The position numbers and the translations under genes are program-made. A DNA stretch of 64,000 nt from Podarcis tiliguerta (Eukaryota): NCBI GenBank assembly GCA_965153285.1, contig OZ229114.1; one strand, 5' to 3'. Shown here piece by piece: positions 49,145-60,500 of this stretch (its first letter is position 1; each line of letters begins with the position of its first letter). Below the pieces are notes generated by a model that saw only the letters and a program-made list of their open reading frames with translations, was not told where the DNA came from and made no database searches.

Positions 49145-51462
49145 TAAAGACAGCTGATAAATGTGGGTTACAGTCTCAGAAGCCAAAATAGAGTTATTAC
49201 ACATATTTCTGTTACTGTCCCTGGGCTTATATACTGTGCTTGCTTCCAAAATCTCTGTCTTCCATTCCTTACTTTTCCACCATATTCTGCAAAATATATT
49301 ACTGCATTTTGAACACCTATTTCTTGGATGTAAGGTATAATAATTATGAAAGTACAACCTTGTTTGATTTTGCAGAGTTTATTTTGAGCACAAAATTAGG
49401 TAAAATGGAGTCTAAGTGGCTTTTTATGGTTCTCACTGGGGAAGAATGTAAGTGGAGCCCTGCAAGATCAGATCAGAGGCCTAATCTAGTCTAGCCGTCT
49501 TTCCCACAATGACCCACCTATATAGAGCCCATGAGAGGAATTGAGTGCAGTAGAACTTTCCCTCTCTTGTTCCTCAGAAACTGGCATTCAGCAGCATACA
49601 GCCTCTGATACTGCAGGAAATACTGCCATTGTGACTAGTAGCTGTTGATACCATAGCATTGCAAGGTTTGGGTAGGTCCAATTAAAATGGCATAGTCGTG
49701 TATGTTTAGGCTAGTCTGTCCACTTATCAATCATTTGGAGATTTCTGTGATTGCGTCTTCTCTTAAATAAGTACATGTAACGTTCCATTTTTCCTTTTGT
49801 AAAAGCAATGTTCATACACTGCTTCAGTTTGGCCTGTACTTTTGTCCATGCTTCTCCAATTGGTTGGTTTGGAGTAGACCTTTTCTTTTGTAATTCCCTT
49901 CTGCAGGTGCACTGAAAGAAATCACAGAAATTACATCACAGCTTCAGAACAGTCTCATCCGTTTGGAGAATTTCCAGAAGCTAACAGAGTTACAGCACGA
50001 CCTGCTTGGCATTGATAACCTTGTAGCAGCTGGCAGAGTAGGTAGTTCTTTCCATATTTTAAGACCTGTGTACTTCAATTGTTTCTTCTTGCTTTCTTCC
50101 TTTATGGGATGATGGCTTTAGAAGTTTTACTGGTTTATTTCAGAACTAGGGAAATCCAGTATGTTATTTCCAAAAATATCTCTCAATATTGAAACTCTCA
50201 TAAATAACCATTCAAAAATTGTATATGCATGTACTTACCAAGATGTTTTTAAGGTTGGCAAAACAATGTGAGAAAAGACTCTTTGAACGGCCTTCATTTA
50301 AGGAATCGTAGGCATTGTTTCAGTTTTCCCAGTCCTTCAATTATTGCTGATCCACAGAGGTAACAGGGACCAGCACAAGTATGATGCATGCATGGGTGTG
50401 CAGGCTGTCTTCATGTATTCATTCATCATGGACAAATCCTAGGGAAAATAGTACTTGCCTCTTAGACATTTTGAGGACTCTTAGTTGTGTACCACAGCAC
50501 GATAAAGAGCTTTGGAAACTGGACAAACATCCTCCCACTTACGCATGTTCTACTCACGTGCAACTGCATATATGTGCAGTGCCAGAAAATAGATAAATAG
50601 ACTCATATAAATGAATATAAATAAATATAAATAGACTCAGATGGCGGGAGTCAGCTGGAGAGTCATTGACGCTTGTAAGGAAATCCTCCCCAGAGCCCAA
50701 AGAGGACATCAGATAGCACAGAGGAAACCCTGGGGAGACCAGAGGCACAGCAGGGCTTTGTGTAGGCTGCTCAGCCTCTCCGCCAAATGGCTGATACCTG
50801 GGGTAGCGCAGCAGCAGCCACGTTCCAGTTCATCCTCCTACCTCCTGCCAGCCCCAGAGCTTAAACTCACGTTGAAGAGAGAATTGTATGGAGAGAGAGT
50901 GCGAGTGAGTGTTGTAGAATTGGGGTGGAGTTAAATTTAGAGGCTTTTTAGAAGGTACTCTCCACTTTATGCAATTTCACTTATGCACACAGGGGCCCGG
51001 AACATAACCCCTGCATAAGTTGGGGGATGCTTACATTTTATAAATGGAAGAGGTGGTCACATAATTTGTGGTGAGCCTGGTCATTCTTTAATAGAACACT
51101 AACTGAGTGGCCAAGTTGTGACAGCCTAGCTGTTTTAAATAAGTTTGCTCTGGTGGCCTAGATGCCTTTTGTAGCTTAGTGGCACACTTCCAGCAGAGAA
51201 CTGGAAGTGGTGCTGCTGGTGATGAGGGAAATAATCAGAGCAGAGGTGACTAACCCACAGCCCAGATCTGGCCAGCCAGTCCGTGGGAAGTGGCCAGATT
51301 TATATCCTGGTATGGCCAGGAGGCAAGGCAAGTCTGTCTGCTGCAATTTTAGTGCTAAGCACTATCACATCAAGAATAAAAATAAAGCCTTTGCCTTCTC
51401 ATTGTTCTTTAAGAGTAAATGGCAGCATTACCATGCATGCATACATGCACACCCACACACTC

Positions 51463-51507
<45 letters not shown>

Positions 51508-54500
51508 TGAAGTGGGGAGAAACGCTGTGTTTTTCTTTGCACAAACCAATCTACACAAAGTAACAGGCAGCCTGAGTGTGTGCGTGATCTTATGTGTGAG
51601 AGAGGGGGAAGAGTATGATGTGTGCCTGTATGTCTGGCATTGTGCTTACTGTATGTGTCGTGAGTGGGGTCTGTATGTTTAGTACATGTATGTACATTGG
51701 CCATGTCCACTACTGGCATGTAGGCCTCGGAGAGGTGGGCGATTGTGAGAGAGTCCTCTGGCCGAAAACAGTTAGCCCCAACCCTGAAGTAGAGAGTGCT
51801 GCATTTCACAGAAGAACCATCAAATGTACTAAAGTTTTGTATATTTCCCCCCACAGGAATTTATCCGGGAAGGCTGCTTATACAAGCTTACCAAAAAGGG
51901 TTTACAGCAAAGGATGTTCTTTCTGGTGAGCTGATGCTTTTGATCAAGATTTCAGCTTGTAATGAGGTTTCTGGAGCCCGTTCCCCTGTAGTAGTTTGAT
52001 TGGGATTGGTCAAGACTTAAGTTTCCTGTACATATTCTGAGGAGTACGGCCTTGTTATTTGAGCCTCGGTTGTTTCACAGCCAAAATATAAAGAAGCCTT
52101 TGTATACAGCGTGGAACGTTTCAGGAAATGTGAGGCAGCTGCATAGGTGGGTCCCCAAACCCTGACTTTATCCAAGCTCAGATTCTTTGCCTCCTCATGG
52201 GGCTGGATCCTCAAGAGATAGATAGCAGAATGGCCCTTAATCAGTAACTGCTTCTCATGATGGAACAGTTGCAGATTCTCCTTCCTTGGAGATTTTAAAG
52301 CAGAGGTTGGATGGCCATCTGTCACGGGTGCTTTAGCTAAGATTCCTGCATTGCAGGGGGTTGGACTAGATGACTGAGGGTCCCTTGCAACTCCAAGATT
52401 CTTTGAGTCTATGATGGCTGTGTACTTCATCCACTATTGAAAGCAGAATGCCTCTGAATGCCAGTTGTTGGGTAACACAAGTGGGGGAGCGTTACTGTGC
52501 TCATCTACTGCATATGGGCTCATCATGGACATCTGGTCGGCCTTAAGAACAGTTTGCTGGACGAGATGCATCTTTGATCGATCCAGCAGGGTGGTTCTCA
52601 TATTCTCAGTTTGCCGTATGGGCAGCTAATTTGTATGTGCTCTTGTTCCTCATCAGATTTTGATGTTGTCAGGATCCGTTCCTTAAAGGGGCTCCCAAAA
52701 GGAAAGAAAGTGGCTTCTGTTAGTTGGGCAGTCTCTTTGCTTGATCCTAATTATGCACAGAAAAACTACAGGGTTTTCCCCCTTGGTGTCGAAGTACTCT
52801 TTGTAATCATGTATGAACTGAAAACCGGTTGGTAATAATTTGTGCCCTATAATTACAATGAGAAACTGTAAGCATAGTGTAATGCAGATATCTTTAAAAG
52901 TTGAATACTTTTATAGAGAAATATAACAGGCAGTGATAGTTGGTTTTGTTACTGTTATGCTTTATTGTGAACCGCTTGCAGCACAATTTAAAGAGAAAAC
53001 TTACATTGGTTTGCAAATAAAGCTACGAAGGGGTTTGTCCGATGGTTGTATGTGTGGAGGGCAAGTTGCCAACAAATTTTTCTATTTTTCTCTGCCCTCT
53101 CTGTGGCCTCTGCAAAGGTTTGGGGAGCCCTCTGAACAGTGTGAGCTGTATTGTTTGGGGCTGCAATAAGAGGGATAAATTGTGCATGGTTCGTCTGCCT
53201 GATTTCAGGCAGTTTCAAATTCCTACTGCAGCCCCAAACAACACAGTCTCACTGTTCCAGAGGAACCCCCAATTCAATGGAGAGGATTTTCAGAGGAGCT
53301 CAGGGGCTCCAAAGCAGAAGAAGAGAAAAAGAAAATAGTTGCTAGAGCTGCTTTCTACTTATGCACTCTTTGGGTGTAACCCAAGGATTGTGACAAAAGA
53401 GAGAATTGCCTTTTTTCCTAGTACCTAAATGATTTTGTAAACTTTTCCATGCCTCAGTTTTCAGATATGTTGCTCTACACCAGCAAAGGAGTCACGGGTA
53501 CCAATCAATTCAAAATTCACGGTCATCTCCCTCTGCATGGGATGCTGGTGAGTGATACATCACACAGCAATCAAACATCAAAATAATAAAATGTGTTTCA
53601 TGTTAACCTGGGCTTCCTCTTTATACTGAACTTTTAAGGGACTCTTGCGAAATGCGCAATTCTGGTTACTGTAGTTTTTCTCCAGTCATTAGTAGACACA
53701 GATTTCTGTGTTAGATTTAAGTAGTCAAAAGAACAAGCACTGCCAGTTTTTTTGGCATTGGAGTAGCTGGGAAGACAAGACAACTCTTGATTGTGCTTTT
53801 GCTATTTTCAAGGCTAGCTGGATGTGCTAATTGGTGTTGCTTCCACACCAAAATGCTACATTCCCTCCCACTCCTTAATGGAACTTTTTTTTATGTGTCT
53901 GTGTTTGATTTTCAGCTGATAGTCCTGGATCCTCCGGTGAGTAATAAGCCAGTGACTACTATGCTTAGCAGCTTGCTGAAATGACAGTGCGATTGTAGCT
54001 GATAGTTTTCCCATTAGAAACAAAATAGAAACGAAATACTTTTAATGTAGCTAGTTGCTGTTGTCAGACCATTTCTTTTAGTGTAGATGTGTGTGCTGTT
54101 GCTCACTGAGTGATGAAGAAATTTCCTTTATTGTAGGTGGAAGAGAGCGAAAACGAATGGTCTGTCCCTCATTGCTTTACCATTTATTCAGCTCAAAAAA
54201 CCATAGTAGTGGCAGCAAGGTAAGCATTTTCTCAGTGCTCAGTTGTGAAAAGGTAGGAGTGTCAAAGCACTGGTAAAATAGACGTCTTTCAGTGTGTGTA
54301 TATGCCACTATACCCCAGGCTACGCAATGTGGGAGACCACACTCTCCCTGAGTCATTATGCAGCCATCTGTTGAGGCAAAACCTGATTTCCCCATGGAGT
54401 AGTGCTCCAAGCTTACATTAAAGTGCAATAGTATGTTGCTTCATTTCATCTTTATGAGACTTCAGATTTCAGGAGGAATAGAAAAAGATCCCGAACTGTG

Positions 54501-57500
54501 TTGTGGTTTTATCAAACCTGAATTTGTGTGGAATTTAAAATTGTTGAGGCAAGCTTCTGCAGTTGCCAGAATGGTAACATTGACTGCAAATTTTGTTATT
54601 TCAGTGGGAATTTATGGAAACATGAAATTGCTCTAAGTATGGGGCAAGCAGTGCTTTTCTTGAACCATAAATCACAAACGGCAGCTGAGCTCTGAAAACG
54701 TGCTTAGCCATCATTCCTGTCTCTATTTTTCAGCACTCGTCTGGAAATGGGGAAGTGGATGGAAGATCTAAATATGGCAATTGAAATGGCCAAGAAATTC
54801 ACTGAGAAATCAGAGATGTTTCTAGAAAACTCAGTGTGCAATCGTTCTAACAGTGAGTAGCTTTCGTGCCACTTGTGATTAGTGATTCTTGGTTAGCTGT
54901 GTGCTCTTCAGGCTTCTGAGATGGAAAATGAATTACGCAGCCTTCAGTCTTTTTCACTAAGTAACATTCCATACCCTCTCTGATGCTCCAGATATTTCAG
55001 GCTTGGCAAATAAGAACTTCCAGCTGTTAAAGCAATAATAATGAAGATTATAGTTTGTAATCTTTCCTTACCACCCTCTTACATAGGAAAGTATTCATCC
55101 TTTTAAACCACAGTTCACTTACCAATCTGGGGAAGTCATTGAAGTAATATCCTGTGTACTCCTGAATGTCTCCTTATCTATGGATCCGCCCCCACCACTG
55201 GGCCACTGAAGCACACTGTGGCATTCCTCAGGTGGAAATTATATATTTCCTAGGAATCCCCTTCTGCTACAAATTGAACCCTTCTGGGAAGCTTCTGAGC
55301 AAACTTTTCAATATTTTCCCTATATAACAGAATGTGACTTTTTCCTATGCAATAACTTTGAGGCTTCAAGCTACCGTTTATGAAAGTCATGGATGTCAGA
55401 AGGACCATGCATGCCAATTCCTTTTGTGAGGGGAAGATGTTATTATACGTCAGCAATCCTTGCCGCTATCACTACCCGTGCCCACAGCCTGTTAAATGTT
55501 TGCTCCCTTCTCCCCCCTCAGGATCCTCAGATGAGGTATCTCTAGAACAGGAGTCCGAAGAGGACATACATTCTTCTCGTAGCTCCCTGGACAGGCAGAG
55601 CCACCACCGTGCCAATACTACCATGCATGTATGCTGGTACCGCAACACCAGTGTCTCCATGACAGATCACAGTGTGGCCGTCGAGGTACCCAGCAGCAGA
55701 GCACATATCACTATCACTTACCACTCTGTCTGTCTTGGTTGCTGGTTTCTCTGCACTGTATACATGCGTGCGGTTTTAACACCCCCATTTCCTTCAATAA
55801 CTTCAGTGGTCTTGTGTGAGAGAGCAAATGAATGAGTAACCACAAGACGTCTGAAGATGTTCTTTGTATGTGCATGTTTCCATCATGTTCTCAACAAGGG
55901 TGTGCTTTGGAGAAGAAAAAAGATAAAAAGGGGGGCTTTGATATATCAACAGCTGCCATTCACACTAAAAAGCTAATGAAAGAAATCAGCTTTGGGGTTA
56001 TGAAACCAAAAGTTTGTGATCTTGCCCACTGAGAACCCTGTTTTAGGTAAATTTGTTAAATCTTTCTGACTTCTCCCCAAAGCACCGTGGCCCCTTGCAC
56101 TGCTGATCTTAGGACTTACAAATAATGAACTTCATAACTTTTTTTTTACTTTTTTCATACCATTTCTTTTAACAGACCTTTTCGTGTACTGCCCTTTCTT
56201 GTTCTAAATCACCTTTTTCTTTCTTTTTCTCTTTGCCCTGCACCCTCTCTGCTCAGTTTTCTGCTCTCTTGCTGTTTCTCCAGAGCTTCCTCCTCGCTAT
56301 TTGCTGGGCCAGACTCAGCGGCCCAACACAATCACCCATGTTTGCTGGTACCGGAACCAGAGCCTATCCCTGTCTGATTATTTGTGTATGATTCAGGTAA
56401 AGCTGCTTCACTCACTCTCAGTATTGGTAGGATCTATGAAGACAGTCATTTTCTACTTGTACCATCTCGTTATAGCTCTCTTAAACACTGTTCTAATGTG
56501 CAGAAACAAGGATCTGAAATATTGGAATGAATGGTAAGACATCCTTTAAGTCTCTTGCAGAAATCAGCCAAATTAATCCCTTTATTAAGAAGAACCCTGG
56601 ATACACATGCCATTGTTTTGATGCATTTCATTTATCCTGTAGATTAGATCACAGCAAGCTAGGTTCCTTCTCCCTCTAGTGGGGCTTACTCTTCACTTTA
56701 CCAGCATGTTAACTTAAAAGTGGCATTGCTACCATGTGCTCTGCAGGCCTTTTTACTGTGTGCTTTCCCTCAACATTTTCTGTCTTCTAGTTGTTTTGTC
56801 TCCTTAACTAAGAATGCAAGCTCTGTGTGTTGCTTACTGGTTCTTAGCATGTTGTAGAGGACAAAAAACGGGTCTTAAATTCGCACAGTTAACATAGCGC
56901 GGACATGTATCAGTTGCATCCATAATTGTTCTACCCTTTCAGAGGAGGAAATGCAGTACGCAGAGTTATCACTGTGAAAAAGGGGGGTGTGCACAAATGG
57001 ACATTACATTAGTAGCTGGCATACCTGAGAGAAGACACCTTGATGCCCTTCAGAAGTTGCTAGACACCAACTCCCCTCAGCCGCAGCCACTTTGACCAAT
57101 GGTGAGGGGTGATGGGAGTTGTAGTCCAACATCATCTGGCGGGCACATTGGGTTCACCAGCCCTAGAGCCTTTTTGGTATGATCAGGAAAAGCCTGACTC
57201 AAACAACCTTTAGTGGAAACAGTGAAATATCCTATCTGGACTGAGTGGATCTGAATGGGGAGTAGGTAGCTCTGCCATAGAGCAAGTGTTCCTAAACTGC
57301 AGTCTGCGGACTACCTGTGGTCCATGAGGTTTTTGCAGGTGTTCCACAGCATGGCTGTATTAAACAGACATTCTATGGAATGCAAATTGTAATACAATAA
57401 AATAGAATATAATAAATAAAAGCAAGAAAGTGCAATTAAAAACCATACAGCATCTAGCACGGCACAATCCAGTTACTACAGGTGGAAAACCAGTTAAGTG

Positions 57501-60500
57501 GTTTTCAAGTTTTGGAGCCACTGCTACAGACTGAATAAAAAAATAATGCTGTCTCACTTCCCACCTCCTTAAAAACTTGGGGGGGTCAAATGCTAAAAAA
57601 AGTAATAAATAAAAGGACTGTTGGGGCAATTGGGGTGTTTTTGCTGGTCTGCCAGTAAAATAAATATAGCATACACAATGCTTGACAAGCACTCCAGTGT
57701 TGTAGTTTCAGAGCAAAGAATCCCAAATAATTTGTTGGGGTGGGGGTTGTAATTTTGAATGGCTCCAAATTACACAACCATGGAGTTGGGTGGTGGCTTT
57801 ATATTGCTCGGTCATTAACTTCATCACAGGAAATAGCCATTAAATGTCTGTGTTACACACCCATGCTCCAATATTGGAAAAATATGGAACTTTTCTAACT
57901 GCACTTGGCAAATTATATCACCACCATAAAAAGCTAACTTGTATACTTCTTGCACAAAATATCTAATCATACAAAAAGGCTCTGAAGCAGTCTTTCTCAA
58001 ATTCAGTCATCCACTAGAAAAAGTTATTTGTTTTTTGAATCTGCAATGCAAATTTAACAGCAGGTTTTTGTTGAGCGATTGTGGAGAATGACACTTACAC
58101 TATATTTTCCTCTCTTCCATGTAGAACCAGCTGTCAGGATACCTATTGAGGAAATTCAAAAACAGTAACGGCTGGCAGAAGCTGTGGGTTGTTTTTACAA
58201 ACTTCTGTTTGTTCTTCTACAAGACGCACCAGGTAAGATGGATGTGGCACAACTTCAAGATGGTGCTAGGCATACATAGGAATGAGATGCAATATGCCTT
58301 GTGAATCCATTCTTAAAGGCTTTCTTCATTCTTTGGTACATTTTGTGAGTGTTGCCGCTGTCAGCAACGAGTTGAATGCTCCAGCGCAGCTTCAGCCAGT
58401 AGTCATTGGCATATCTTTCTGGCAATTCACTAGGCATTGCCAGATCACAGTAAACTAAAATTGTGATTGATTGTAATATGAATAGCATGTCTGGTGCTCT
58501 TTAAAAGCACCTAGTTGGAGAAAATTGCAGAGAGGGTTCCCAGTTATGGCTTTAGTCAGGCTCTCCAGGTGTAATACAGTACCTAGAACTTGGGAGAGCT
58601 AGTTCTCTCTGTCTGGTATATTTGTGCTGGCTGGGAACTGAGGCTTTTTGTTTTTACTTGTAACTTTATGTATTAACTCAGTGGTCCATGGTGGGTTTTA
58701 GTACAGGCAGTGAACATTTTGTGCAGGGGTTCCATTCCTGACCCCTGCGTGTATTGGCGGAGCGCACATAAGCCTGCTCTGCTTCCATTCTGCTCTCTTC
58801 CGGGTCCAAAAGTACCGTAATTTTCGCTCTATAAGACGCACCAGACCACAAGACGTGCCTAGTTTTTGGAGGATGAAAACAAGAAAAAAAATATTCTGAA
58901 TCTCAGAAACCAGAACAGCAAGAGGGATCGCTGTGCAGTGAAAGCAGCAATCCCTCTTGCTGTTCTGGCTTCTGGGATAGCTGCACAGCCTGCATTCGCT
59001 CCATAAGACGCACACACATTTTAGGAGGGAAAAAGTGAGTCTTATAGAGCAAAAAATACGGTACCTGTGTGTCAGTGGTCAAGTGGCAATTGGGCGCCTG
59101 CAGAATGGTTGCTGCCTGTATTTTATTTGTAAACTGCCCTGAAAACGGTGGTTGAAGAGTGGAATGGACACCTGTTAAATAAATAATAAAACTTGGCTGT
59201 TTTTTCAGGATGATTATCCATTGGCCAGTTTACCACTCCTTGGTTACACTGTCAGCACACCCGTAGAGGCCGATGGCATTCAGAAGGATTATGTCTTCAA
59301 ACTGCAGTTCAAGTCCCATGTATATTTCTTCAGGGCTGAGAGCAAGTACACCTTTGAGAGGTAAGTGTGCTTCCTAGACATAATTTGCAAAACGCATTCG
59401 TTACCCCCAGTTACCATTTTGACAAATGTTCTCTACTAACTCTCCTGGTAATGAGTTGAGGAAGCTGCTGGAATTTCACACAGAAGTCATACTTTCTGTG
59501 GCCTTGCCTATATTAATGAATGAGATAACTTTTGGTGGGTTCTGCTAACTTCAAAATCTGTCAGTGAAAGAACCCTGTGCAAAAGTAGCTCAGATTAAAA
59601 TTGTACATATATGGAAGTTTGCACATCACCTGAGAAATGCTCTCTCTATCTCTCTCAACCCACCCGGAGCAGGTGGTAGAGAAGTGAAGGCCTAAAACTA
59701 TATATATGTAAAAGCATCCCCCCAAGGCCATTCCCCCCATTTTTCCAGTAAGGGGAGGACTATTTACCGCATTAGGAAATTGCAATTCCTCTATATTGTA
59801 AATATGTACAACTCAAATCCATTTCTGTTTGGCTAAAGAGATATTCTGGCTGTGTTCACACATACCATATGGTTTAGTGGAATGAGCCTGAGTAAAGCCT
59901 TGTTTTAGCAGTTCTTACTGATAAAAGTTGATGACTGAGAGGTTGTATGTGGTTGCAGGCAATGTGCACTGCACTCAGTGATGGGACCTCTCTAGGCTTT
60001 ACATTAAAGATTCTTTAGGAAGATGTGCTTAATGTCCCAAACTTGATGGTCCTTCTCCATAAAGATAAAGATTGTTGTATCCATAAAGATACAACAATCA
60101 CTAATGAAAAGCACCACCGACTCTACTGAGTCTTCACCATCTGGGCTGGGTGAGACAGTAAAACTACTCATTGGCAGCAGGAAAACCAGGAGGAATTTTT
60201 TAAAAAAATTAAAATTTACCTTGGGGAGACCCTTCCTTTTGAGTTTCTGTGCTCTTCATTAAAGTGATCTGGTGTGCATATTACTCATCTAGGCAGTGGA
60301 AAAGAGGGGCATTAACTGCCAGTCCTCTTCCTTGTGGGTTAGGACTCCCTTCTATAACTCTCCCTTTGCACTATCGTAACAAACCTAGCATAATTGTACA
60401 GACCTCTGTTCAAATTATCAGGTGACTGTTGGGATACTGTGGCTCCTTCTTTACAGTAAGTTAACTTTTAAGCATTAGTTTGAGTGTTAACCTTACTAAA

